NCBI GenBank assembly: GCA_028534125.1
Contig: CM052817.1
Span: 21,702,001-21,766,000, forward strand
Length of the DNA stretch: 64,000 nt
DNA from: Lama glama
Taxonomy: Eukaryota
Reading direction: 5' to 3'
A program made the translations under genes and the position numbers. Shown in pieces: positions 39,630 to 52,400 of this stretch (positions within the stretch are counted from its first letter, which is position 1; each line of letters starts with the position of its first letter). The notes under the pieces are model-generated. The model was not told the origin of the DNA, did no database searches, and saw only the letters and a program-made list of their open reading frames with translations.

Positions 39630-41939
39630 ACCTAGGTAAAAGAGGAATGCTTCCTAAAGAAGAAACTGAGCAGTAGTACTAATATAGCTTGCCTAAGAAA
39701 CTAAAATCATGTATCTTTCCCTATACAAATAATAAACTCAAAAATCCATTTGGAAGTCATAAATCTAATATTCCTGCAGGAATATTAGGAAATAAACATG
39801 GTAAATCCATAACTGTTTGTTATTTCTATAACCGATGGCCCAAAATTAAGAACAATTGTTATCAGACAGGGTTCTCCAGCACTCAGTACTCTTGAGTCTT
39901 TACATACTTTGTCACTTGACCTAAAATCACTGGTGGCAATTGTCTTTTATGAATCTCTGAATCTCCTTTCTTAAACCTTTACTTTTTAAAATTTCCTAGA
40001 ACTACAATAAATTTAGACTTCATCTTGCTACATACAAGATACAAAATACTGTATATCCATACAAGATGCATAATTACTAGCCTATAAGTCACTCATTTCC
40101 TTGGACTAGCCTTATATTAGCATTTAAAATTTGGAAATCAAATAAAATATTTTTCAATTATTGCAAAGAATCAACCACCTATTTCCCTTGCAATTAAAAG
40201 GGAAAAAAGAAGAAAAGAAAACAAAAACATTGATTTTGGCTTCAAGAATTAACATGTGGGCTTTTTAAACTTTGTTGCCTATCAATTGAATAGTCAATAT
40301 ATGAATAATGTAAACAATATTTTACTTTTCCTTGGTCACAAAGACTAAAACAGAACCCATAAGCTAAAACATATTAAAAGCCTTAAGCAATTATAAAGTT
40401 GTTTTAAAAATTCCCTTACATAGTTACTCTGAAAATGAATTGATATTATGCACACCAGATTCTCAGACTGAGTAAAACTCAATTATGCTGCTGCCTTCCC
40501 AGCTAAGATTTGGGTTCAAAGGAAGCATCATAGCAGTAGTGCCTGTCCCAGCTCTGGCATACTGCATGCACAGTGTTATTCAGGACTGGTTGACTGACTG
40601 CCGAGAAAAGAGGATTGATTGAGGAAGATAACTTGTATTAAAAGGAGAGGAAAAATCATGAGAATTTAGATTTGTATATCTAACAGAGTCTTCAGGGACT
40701 TTGAGTCTTGGGGGAGTAAATGGATTTGAGATGAAGGGTGTTATATGTAGCATTTTGAAAGACATCTTTCCTACAGAAATACCTCCATTGGAATTTGAGA
40801 ATTAATGTAAGAGATTATTCCAGAAGTTGGGGAAATAACTTATCTACCATTAAATACACTATTACTTTTAGGGATATCCAAAGAAAATGGTGACATCAGC
40901 GTGATAGCAACCTTGAAAAAAATTTTTCCTGATTTCATCAGTAGGGTTTCCATGTATTAGAAGGTAATGAATTCAATGAAATGTTCACATGTGGACAAAT
41001 TCAAGGGACCAGCAGCAGACATGAAACCCGATACCTTGTATGACGGTAGCAAAAGGAAATAGACTGTGGTAATATTTCTCAGTAAGTGCAAAAGACAGAA
41101 CCCATTACAGGAGTGGCATTCTATATCTGAAGTTTGAGCAAAGTCTCAAATGGTTCATGCCTCAGGATAGGTATCAGCTCCTGACAGTGAAGGTGCTGCC
41201 ACAAATCTTCACCAGCAATGAAAGCAAATACACGCACCAACAGAGCAGTCCAGGAGAGAAGGAAGGGACCTCACAGCAGTATTAGTTGGGGGTACTTGAA
41301 ATACAAACATTACTTCCTTCAGCTGATTAAAATTTAATATGCAATAACATTTTTGGGGATCAGGGAACGGATGGGAAGTAAGAATCAGAAAAAGACTGCT
41401 TATTACTGTTAATATTATTCCATTTTTTAATCCCAAGATTGTGTGACCAAGGAAGAATGGGTTAAATTAGTTTTTAAGAAAAGAAATACATTAAATGTGA
41501 GATCTAAATTATAGCTATTGGTGATTTGCATTTACCAGGTTCACTTAATGCTCTTCCCTGCATAGTCTTTGGCACAGGTGCAGGTCCCAGGTATTTTCTG
41601 TGCTTCTTTCACTGGTAGCACAGCGCCATAGCTAAGGCTGAATTTTTATGTGGACAAAGCACTGAAGAAATTCGTCAGGTAACTGAGATATAAATCTTAC
41701 TGGATTTTGGATTATGAAAAAACAAACACGCATAAGAAAGAACACATTCAAATCTCAGCTGCTGAGAAGGCCTCTGTTCTCTTCTGTTATTTACTGGGAT
41801 ATCAGATGACAGTGTGATCTAAGCTTAGCTATAAAAAGTTAGTCTTGGTTTTCTCATCTTTAAAACAGGCATCGTATTATCTGTTAGCCACACTTAGTGC
41901 TACTGCTTGTCCTGGATACTCTTATTCCTTGTCTGGATA

Positions 41940-42350
41940 CAAATCCCTCTTCTGGGAAACACATGTCAATTTACTGGAAGTGACCCACAAGGGCTCATGA
42001 CCCAGGTCTGCCCAGCAATATTACCCAACCTTCCTGGCACAGCAATTAGTTTATGAACTAATTACTAATTAGGCATGTTACACAAATTGTCCGAGCCAAG
42101 TCCCATGGGGGCTTTTCTGCCTAAGCCTTAAGAAGATTCTCTTTGCACAGGGTCATTACAATGTCAGGATGAAAGTCACGGCCCACCATCATGTCCACCA
42201 TTGGAAGAGAGTCTATTTAAGGAATTTAAATGAAAGGATCCCTAAAGATATTATTTGAGCCTTGAATCCAGCAATGAAGCCAAAATACCTTGGATTTTTC
42301 AGTTACTTGAACCAAACAAATTTACTTCAGTGCCCAAGCTAACTTGAGTT
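41940..42350 (+). mobile_element. Old MaLR/ERVL LTR fragment
   Basis: atttgagccttgaatccagcaatgaagcc...ttggatttttcagttacttgaaccaaacaaattt...aagctaacttgagtt. Confidence 0.55.
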
Positions 42351-43589
42351 TTAACGCTATGTTAATAGCACTACGTAATACAACCTCACCTCCTGTTATA
42401 TTGACAAACGCACATTTAGCGCCTCATAAATAGAAACACTAAGCTTACATTAGTTTCCTCATACTGGATACAGCCTTGAAAGTAGTGTTTTTAAAATGTT
42501 CAGAAGAATAAAATATACAGTATAACCTTTTTATCCATACAAACCATACTGATTTTTCCCAATGCATGTTGTTATGCCAAAGGTGAGTACGTTAGTTTTA
42601 CATGAAGAGAAGCAGTCTGCATGGAGCAGTGTTAGGCCTGACACTTTGTGTCACGTGTTTCACTGTTTTCTGCTGAAAAATTGAGTGAATAAGGCATATT
42701 CACAAGCACAAAGAGAGTTCATCAGGCTGTGAACTATGTTTCTTCAGTGGTTTTGCTGTAGTAAGAATGATTTTCATAGTCCTAACATGTGTGAGATGAC
42801 CGACTGACTGCAGCAGAGAGGCTGTGAAAAGGAGTATAAAAAGGAGAAATAAGAACTAAATATATCAGCCCTACACTCCTTTTTTTCTTTCTTCGACGGT
42901 GGTGGGGGAACGGGGGTGGATGTGGATGAGGACACAATGCATTTTTTAAGTGCTGTGTTTCTTGAAATACATCAAAGAAGCTAAGAGAAAGCAGAAAACT
43001 CCAAATAGACTTCAAGAGAGTCTTTTTTTCTATTAAAAACATCAGAATCTATAAAGGAAATAAAAGAATTGCATTAGACTTAAATGATCTCAGAAAAGTG
43101 TCAGAAAAACTGACAGGTAAGTGAACAATCTATCATTATTTTATTTTTTATTATTCTCTTTAGAAAAAAAAAAAACAAAAGTAGGGAAATGGCTGACTTT
43201 AAGCCCATTCCAGAAAAGCCACAAAATTGTATCTTCCTCCTATTGTTTATCATGTATAGAGAGTATCTTTTATGCAATCAATTCTGTAAGTGCAAATCAA
43301 TAGCACAACGGATGATTTCACTCAAGTGACATTCACCATGAACCTATTGCGTGCTAGGTGCTGGGCTAGCCTCTGCATGGAAGATAAATTATGACATAGC
43401 CCCTGGTCTCAGGGAGCTCAAAGACAAGTAAATCTAGATAACTTAAGACAAGAAAAGAATTACTCAAGAAACATGCTCTGTTCCAGATGTGCATGTTCAG
43501 TATTATTTATTGAGATTACACCATGGAAGGCCAGACTACTCAACTAGAAATTTAGAAAAATTTAGTCTTCCAAATGTAATCATTACTTT

Positions 43590-44008
43590 TTTTTTCTCAT
43601 TTAAGGCCATTTTTTTATTGTACGTACATTTTAATTTTCATTACAATTCTCTCTCTACACAATTTAAATCTCTTGACATCATTCCTTAATGCAATGAAGG
43701 GTTCATACTCTCTTCACCGTCACTGTTGTCTTGCAGTCTCTGTCTGTGGATGCCTTAAATAAGCATTATGCTCTGCATAAATCTTGATGCTATTCTTAGT
43801 GCTTTTACAGCAGTTTTTATTTTTTTAACATTTTTTATTGATTTATAATCATTTTACAATGTTGTGTCAAATTCCAGTGTTCAGCACAATTTTTCAGTCA
43901 TTCATGGACATATACACACTCATTGTCACATTTTTTTCTCTGTGAGTTATCATAACATTTTGTGTATATTTCCCTGTGCTATACAGTGTAATCTTGTTTA
44001 TCTATTCT
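43590..44008 (-). mobile_element. Young truncated L1 with 3' transduction
   Basis: 16-bp TSD atgtaatcattacttt (43574-43589, 44009-44024) encloses poly-T, ~218 bp of non-L1 sequence (43596-43813), a second T tract and the L1 3' end (43814-44008). Confidence 0.85.
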
Positions 44009-45319
44009 ATGTAATCATTACTTTAATCAGGCATTGGATCTGAAAAGTAATTTAGTAGATATATTTTGAAATCTTTTACTTGATCCTTCTCTTTGTTCTA
44101 GGGAAGCTGCTAGCAAAATATTGCCTTACACATCCAGAAAAGCAAGCATGGTCTGCAATCTGCTTCTGATCTCTGTACTCTGCCCAAAAGGGAGGACTAG
44201 GACTGCATGAGTACAGGAAGAAAGAAGTTAACAATTGATTATTGACTTGCTTTCTTCATACCAGATGTGCTGGTGTTATAAAGAATGGCCCTCGTTATCT
44301 AGTGTAAGTACTTGATGTAGAGTCATCATTGACCTGCATTAACTCCACCACCAGGAAGCTGAGCTGCACAGAAATACCCTGTGAACTGAAAATTATCTGT
44401 AGATTATGGTTCTTCCTTTGCACCTACACAGTTCACCAGGATTAGAGGTCTATTTTTCCTACATTTGCATGATTATGAAGTATGCAGGTGGAGTTAGATT
44501 TTTCTTTTACCCCAAAGAAAATCAGAATTGTATGACCAATATCTTACCTTCAACTGCCTTTCAGTACCTACTTCTTTGTCAACCACATGTTATAGTTATT
44601 TTTCCTTTATTTTCTGTGCACAAGATACAAGCTGAGGGCAGATGCCATGTCCCCTGCTTAACATGGCAAAGATCATTAGCAATCAACAAGTGCTCTTTTC
44701 CATGAATGAAACAATTTGGGGTCTCACCTTTCCTAAAATGTCAAGTATTAGATGCAGAGGAAAAGGAAACAATATTTTTTTACTTTTTACTCTTACACTA
44801 GTTAGATATATGCATCTAATCAGACTTGTCTTGTTACTAGAAAATTTCAAACCATACAAGTTCTACTATATGCAATTAGTTTATGTATACTTGTATCCAT
44901 GCTAAAATTATAAAAAAAATTATCTTACATTTGTTTCAGTGACTGTGTATTCAGTCTAACAGTATTAACACTGTTGTAGAATCTTATCTCATATATAACT
45001 TTATTCAGTGACTTATACAGTTATATATGTGCATGCGTATGTCTGTATTCCACTCAGATGGAAGACAGGACATCTGTCTGTGGAGAACATGAAAGCCCAG
45101 TTTAATGAACACAGAGGAAGTGGCTGTCTTATTTCAGAGAGGCTTTCTGCTTCTTGACCCTGGACCCTCATGAAGCCTGGCTTCCTCCTTGTCCTTGGGT
45201 TTCCTGGACAGCCTGTATCCTGTCAACAACCAAGATGTTATTCTTAAATTAATCTGAGTTGTCTTCAATGGTTGCATCACCTTGGTAACAATCTTCCAAA
45301 TGCAATTTAATAATTTAAG

Positions 45320-45680
45320 AAATATTGATTGAGGACTTATTTTATATTCTGTACTATGGAAGGTCTAGGTATGCAGGAAGGAAATTTACCCTCAAGTAAT
45401 TCATTTTGTAGTAGAGAAGGTGGGCATTCAAATAGGTAACTTTAGTATATACATGATGTGGTGAAAAATGACATAAACTCTTTTCCAGGCAAACAGGTAA
45501 GTGCTTAATAAAAACTGAGCTGCAGGGGGCAAGGAGAGGTAGAGTTTAAAGGAGAGTAGAGATGCTGCATGAGTTAAGGTTAGACAAACAGCCAGACTTA
45601 ATAAGGCAAAGGGTGAAAGAAGGAGGTTATAGGCAGAGGGAATAACAAGAGTAGGGACATTGAAGTGTGAAATCCTATAC
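45320..45680 (-). mobile_element. LINE-2 3' fragment
   Basis: aaatattgattgaggacttatttt...ttataggcagagggaataacaagagtagggacattgaagtgtgaaa. Confidence 0.55.
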
Positions 45681-45870
45681 TTATTATTTCAATAATAGTT
45701 TTGTAGCACACACTGTGAACTTGCCACTATTCCAAATGCTTTGGAAGCAGAAGTAAAAAAAAAAAATCATTCCTTTCTTCATGATATTTATACTTTTGGA
45801 GGAGAATATATATATTACAGAATAAAATAAACTATAATACAATATATATAACAAAATAAGTGAACAAAAT

Positions 45871-46058
45871 AAATAGTTCTCAAACCTTATAGCATGCATC
45901 AGAATCATGTGAAAGGTTGTTAAAACAGATTGCTGGCCTCTATTCACCACATTTCTGACTCAGTAGGTAGGTACTGAGGGCTAAGAAGTTTCATTTCTGA
46001 CAAATTCTCATGTGAGGATAATGCTGCCAGTCTGGCCATCATACTTTGAGAAACACTG
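45871..46058 (+). mobile_element. MER5A hAT-Charlie fossil
   Basis: tagttctcaaacctt...gcatcagaatca...catactttgagaaacactg with terminal inverted repeats. Confidence 0.88.
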
Positions 46059-46069
46059 ATGAAGTATAT

Positions 46070-46975
46070 TAGATAGTGATAAGTGCTATGGAGACAAATA
46101 AGTCAGGCATGTAAAGAGAGTTGTAACATTAAATTGCATGGTCAGGCAAATTTTCTCCGAAAAGACCTGAAGAAGGGAGGAACCTAGCTATGTGGATATC
46201 TGGAGAAAGAACATTCCAGGTTATCTACTCAGTGTGAGATGAGAGTCATTGTTGGGTTGTAAGCAGAGATGTGGCATGATCTTGACATGACCTCCTCTTT
46301 GAAACAAGATTACTCTAGCTGCTCCACTGAGGATAGATAGAAATGAAAGGAGGCAGAGAAATGAAATTAGTAAGGAGTCTACTGTGATAATAACATTAGC
46401 AAGAATGATGGAGATCTGGACCTGAGTGATAACTGTGGTACTAATGAAAATATGGCTGAAGTAGAGAGAGAGATATTTGAAGAAGAGTCTTCAGTGAAAA
46501 TAATGGATTTAATTTGGGATGTGAAAGAAATAGTTAACAATGATTACTAGAATTTGGTTGTAGCACATAGAAAGATGGTTTATCATTAACTGAAGTTGGA
46601 AGGACCACGGGAGAAGGGGGATTAGGGAAGAAGATCATGAGCTCAGTTTTTGACATGTTCAATTTGAGCCCCTTACCAGTAACTCTGGTAGGGAAGCAGC
46701 GTAGGAAGTTGTATTTAAGGATCTGGAGTTCAGAGCAGAGCTCAAGATACAAAGTTGAGTGCTGTGACTGACTATGTGTGTTCACAAAGGGAGTGAGTAC
46801 AGAGAGAGAAAAGATGTGATTTTAGGACTAAGCCCCAGGGTGCTGTGAGGGGAGAGAGGTGAGGGGAGGACAAAGAAAGAAAAGGAGCAACATCCAATAA
46901 TGTAAGCAGAACCTGGGAGTAGATGCTGCCCTGGAAGCCAAAGGAAGAAAGTGTTTCAAAGTAGAGAAACTGAAC
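46070..46975 (-). mobile_element. LINE-2 fragment
   Basis: gataagtgctatggagacaaataag, aagattactctagctgct, gagctcagtttttgacatgttcaatttgag, ggaagccaaaggaagaaagtgtttcaa. Confidence 0.85.
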
Positions 46976-47365
46976 AGGAAAACAGGCAAATATGCAGAGT
47001 TTAAGGAAAAGTTAAAAACAAAAAACATTACAATTGGCAGAATTCGTTTTGGAGTTGACATGGGGAAATGAGGAAGAAAATGCTTCTGTTTTATCTTTTT
47101 CTGACACAACTGGTCTTAGGTATTACTTCCTGAAAAGAAAACAGCCGTCTTTGTTTTAAAGATGAAACCAAGGAGTTGCAGCATATTTTCCATGGAAATC
47201 ATCCGTTCTGATGAGGCTAAAACTCTTCATATCTCTACAAATATAATTTATTTAATGCCCAGAAAGAATATAATGCTCTGAATACAGGTGCTAAACACAA
47301 CTAAAGGAAGTAGCTTATTTTCTGAGATAAGTAGAATAATTATGAGCATTTTTTAACATCTTAAA

Positions 47366-47453
47366 AGCATCCTAAAATGTTCCATCAGCAATTCTTTAGA
47401 ACAACGATTCCATAGCATCTAAAAGGTTCCATCAGTGATTCTTGAGAACAACC
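47366..47453. repeat. Imperfect ~48-bp tandem duplication
   Basis: agcatcctaaaatgttccatcagcaattctttagaacaac versus agcatctaaaaggttccatcagtgattcttgagaacaac. Confidence 0.8.
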
Positions 47454-48399
47454 ATGACGTTAGCTTTTAAAAAATGAAAATGATAATGCACTTTGAAGCA
47501 GACCTCAGAATTATATCTTTAATAAAAAGTCATGTATTTTCACATAATGCAAAAGCAAGTGCTGACTGATATTTCCAACTGGGAAAAGTTAAACAGTATC
47601 CTATCATCTGGCAAATAGCAAGTGATTCTTGGTGATGAAAATAATCAGGACATATTACCTATAGCATGTGCATCTTTGAGAGGAAGGTGATTTACTTGGA
47701 ATCTGTAACAGGAGAAGAGCATTTGGGGATGCAAATAGTTCTCTTCAAGATGACTGTTTATGCTAGAATATTAAGTTTCCATTTGTGGTAAATGGGAAAG
47801 CAGATGGCTAAGGAAAAATATTTTGTCAAGTTTGTAACATAAACTACCTAGTTGTAGTAAAAACGTTTTTCTCATCATTGGAAGGAGTAGAGAGTGAGAA
47901 ATAAACATAAATAGTCTGATTTTTCCAGGATGGAGTTTCCCTCTGGGTTTTGAGCACTTCCATTAATTTAAATATTTCTCCACAGTTTACCAATTAGTCA
48001 ATCACGTGTGTAGTTAACAGATATTTATTGAGCTTCTACTATGCTCAGGCACTGTTTTTGTTGCTGTGGAGAAATAGAAAGCAATGAGACATAAATTCTG
48101 ACTTCCGGGCTCTAATTACATGGTAGTAAAATTAAGACATGTATTTAAATTCATTCATTTATTAATAGCTTACCCAGCTTGCCAGAAATACTAGTATAAA
48201 TAATGTGTAGAGATACAAAAATGAATTAGACACTTCTAAATTAACATGTACGTGGTAGTTAATATTAATATTTAATAGTGGTTTTTGCTGTTGAAAGGAA
48301 CATTGGGACAATATAAAAATAATTACTTTTTACTTTACATATTTGTGTTGTTTACTTTTTAATAGTGTATGAATTATTTTATTATTTTTATCATTATCA

Positions 48400-48640
48400 T
48401 TAATAATGGCAACGACTGTTATTTGCTCCATGCTTTCTACGTGCCAATCCCTCCTTGTATGCATTATCTCATTTAATTGTCAAAACAACTCTCAGTGAAT
48501 GTACTCATAGTAAACCCAACTTATAAATGTGGCAACGGAGGCTTAGAGAAGCTTATTAATTACCTAGCCAAACACCCCATATTAAGTGGCACATATTATC
48601 CTGGTCTATTTGCCTTCAATACTCAGTTTTATCATCTACC
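48400..48640 (-). mobile_element. MIR SINE
   Basis: gcattatctcatttaattgtcaaaacaactct...aaatgtggcaacggaggcttagagaagc. Confidence 0.75.
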
Positions 48641-49192
48641 ACATACATACGGAATATAGGAAGAAGAGTTTAAGTATGAAGCAAATGGAAGGTTTTGAGG
48701 AAAAGGTTGGACTTCTGTTAGGTTGCTTTCAATTTTGGATACTATTTCAATAGAAAGTTTCAGAATATGCAAGGCATTGGTACATAGAATTTTACTGGAA
48801 TGTCAAATTTTTGAACGGGATATTTATGAAATTATATTAAAAGCTTATTTGGGATCTTGACCATGGACAGTCTCAAAAGACAGGTAGAGGAAACAGTTTC
48901 ATTTTTATTCTGTCGGCAATAAGGAGCAACAAGGAGTTACTAGTGGATTACGCTGGCAGCATTCTGTCAAATGAACCAGAGATGCTGGAGTCTGGTTGAG
49001 AGAGGAGAAGTTAAAGGTCTATTGTCATGTTATAGATCAGTGCATCACAGTCTTCAGTGTGCAGATAAATTCCTTGGGGATCTTGTTAAAAATTCATATC
49101 CCAAAGCAGGGAATCACAGCAGAGCCCCAGAGTCTCCAGTTATGTCAAGCATTCAGATGATCCCTCTGTTAATGGTCCAGAATATATTAGAA

Positions 49193-49449
49193 CAGTGGTC
49201 TCAACCTAAGGCATTTTTGTTCTTCAGAGGACATTTGGCAATATCTGGAGATATTTTTGGTCGTCACAGCTGGGACAGGTAGAGGGGGAGCGAGAGGGAT
49301 GGAATTGCTCCTGGCACCCTGTGGGTAGAAGCCAGAGATGCTGCTAGAAGACCAAGATGGTGCTAAACTTTCTCTAATGCATGGGACCCTTCCAACAACA
49401 AAGAATTATCTGACCAAAATATCAGTACTGCTGAGGTTGAGAAACTGTG
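49193..49449 (+). mobile_element. MER20 fossil, next to a MER5-like remnant
   Basis: cagtggtctcaacc...ggacatttggcaatatctggagatatttttggtcgtcacagctggg...aagaattatctgaccaaaatatcagtactgctgaggttgagaaac. Confidence 0.88.
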
Positions 49450-52400
49450 TCCTAAAATTATAACATTTGCAGAAAATCAATAGCATATCATCTTCAAAAA
49501 AAATGTTGGAAATCTTTATAAACTTAAGAAATCCTATGTTCTTTCACATGTGTTGAGAGGATATTGTAGAACTGGAGGAGAGACAAAAATTTGTCAACCC
49601 AGATGTGCCACTACTGAAGAAAATCTAATGCCTGTAACTGATTTCATGCTAACATTAAGAATTAAGTTGTGTACATTTCTCCCAAACACAATATATCCAT
49701 TTTTTCTCCTGATTGTTCTTTTTCTGTATCTTACAAATCATTGTCACTCCCTTATACTTTAAAAAAAATGAAGATAAAAAGATATGTATTATCTCAAAAC
49801 CTATGTCTTCACTGATAAATAGATCAAATTTTACACCTAATATTTCTCCTTATTTCCTATCTGCATGGAAAAGGTTTTCATCAGTTATTCCAGTCTATCA
49901 TTTCCACATTTCCTCAAACTTACATCATTCAATTAGGATTCGGTGATTTTTTTATTCCTTATTCTCCCTTCCTTCTTTCTTGCTAACATGACCTTGATTT
50001 TGTGGCAAGGCCAGGACAAAAATCATGACTGTCCAAAGCCAATTTTCACAAATGCCCCTTCCCACCATTTTTAACCCTCATGAATGGTGTCCATACACAG
50101 GACCACTTCTGATTAATGTCACTTCCTTTGAAGCTGGAGAAGTCTCTGGGAAAGTTATTGCATTCCCTGAAGAAGAGGGCAGGAGTTCAGATGTGGCTGT
50201 CTCCTTCCTGCCTTCAATGTCAATATGATGGCTGGAGATTCAGCAGCCATTTTCTTGTCAAGTGGGAAGGACTTTCAAGAATTCTTGTTACATTAAGAAA
50301 AATAAATCCCTATTTGTTTAACCCACAATAAACATGTTTTCTACTTTCTGCATCGAAAAACAACTTAAACTGATGTACCTTTCCTCTCCGCCTCCTCAGA
50401 GCACATGGCTCATCAGTTTTCACCTAACTTTCCATAATTTTCAATCATTCCCTTTCTAGTGTCACCTTCCCAAACCTGTAAGCATGTTCAACTTTCCTGT
50501 ACTTCACAAAACAACATATAGCAAACCAAAATACACACATATGTGTATATATATATATAAAACATACATACTTTTTTCTCTGAGTATTACTTAAAGTTTA
50601 AAGTAGAATTTTGTATGTGCTGCAGTTTGACAATGAATGGAAAGATAAATGCTTAACTGCCTCTTTGTTTCTTTCTTCTTCTTTTTTTCTTTTGAACTGA
50701 ATATAGGCTTATCCAAGTTTCTGTGCCTTTATCTTGTAGTTTAAAGCTCTACATAGTAACAGATGAATCATTTTATAAGAGAATAGAAAAGAAAATATAT
50801 CTTTCTTTCCTTATTATTATTAAAAAGTTATTTAAAAAAAATACCAGCAACCCCCACAGTGTATTTTCAAATGTTATATATGGAGTTAACTACATATCTC
50901 CTTTTAAGAACATTTATAAAAACTGTGGTACAGTGAGCAAAAAAGGGGGGTTAAACTCCTCTAATTTGAATTCCATTGTCAAATCTACTTTTCTAAAATC
51001 TACCTTGTCGACATTCTTTCAGCACATTTTAAAATTACAGAACAATGCTTAGGTGATTGGTAAGGCATTTTCAGAATGCCACTGGCAAATGTGAAACATT
51101 TTCTCAGATCCAAAATAGCATAACAAGCACAGCTCCCCCCTGTTGAGAAACTTACTAATTCAAGAATTGTGCAAACTCTCACAGATGCTGATGCTCCCAC
51201 AGGGGACTGAGCTAGTGCTGCCACCTTTTCACTTGTGGCACCTCACGTAATTAAGAAAATTACAGTTATGCTCCTTTCTCCAAGACAGGGAACAAAAACC
51301 GTCCTTGGACTCTTTCCAAAGATAAATGGGCAATAAATCTCTCATACCTTTTTTTTTCTCTAGTTAAGAACATGAAAAAAACATACAGGCATTACATTTT
51401 TCAGTGCTGGTGGACAGACTAGCAGAAAAAGTTTAATTTATTTTATGCCTCGTGCCCCTTATGCTCCCTCATTTAGAAAGATGTGATAATGATTATATTA
51501 ACATATTTTGTCTGAGGTGAAGTTTAAGATATGTATCAATGTGCTCTGAAGAAGGTAGGAGGCTGGAATAAAGGTGAAAAGAAATTCCTAGAAGATGTAA
51601 TGTATTATATCTATTCATAGTTATCTTTCATCTCTAAAAATGGGGAAAAGCAGAGTTCAAATTCTAAGCCTATGGTTCCACTTCAATATAGTCCAGACAC
51701 AGCATGCTACCTCCATCTATTTCTTATTTGGTTCCCTGATTTCTTCAGTTTCTTGTGCTGCTCCCTTTCCATGTTGATCTTCATTCTGTTGTATCAGCGC
51801 AATTATATTAATTGCAAGGTATTCTTATGAGCTATGCCTGTACTTACTCAATGCTCTTATTTTCAAGTGCTCAGTGTTAGCCTATGATATTTCCATAGAC
51901 CTGCTTATTTATGCCTTTAAATCCACGCATTTTAAAAAAGACCTTTTGCTTCTGACACACTAAGCAGAACATGTGGCATATGTTCACTTCTACTGGTATT
52001 CCTCTGTCTGGGTTTTTCTCTTCTTTACTCCCCGGAGAACTCTGAGTTGTGTTATAAAGGCAGTGGGTGGATAGAACTGATGAGTATAATTGATGAGTCT
52101 TTCTCTTCCATTTTTTTTTTAGAGAAAGAGGACAGATTCCCTGAAAATCCTCATTCATCACAATTACAACCTCAACCTCCAGTATTTTGACTGAATGTAC
52201 CACATCTTTCTTTATTTCACCATGTAAATCCTGCCATGCATTTAGCCATTAACACAAGTGGGCAATACATAGTAGCACTCAAGGAACAAATTATAATTTT
52301 CCTTACTCAAATTTTTATTTACATACTCATCTAGAGAAGTATTATCCTCAAAGGGAAAATACCTTCCTTTACAAGTTTATTAGTATTACTTACATTTTTT

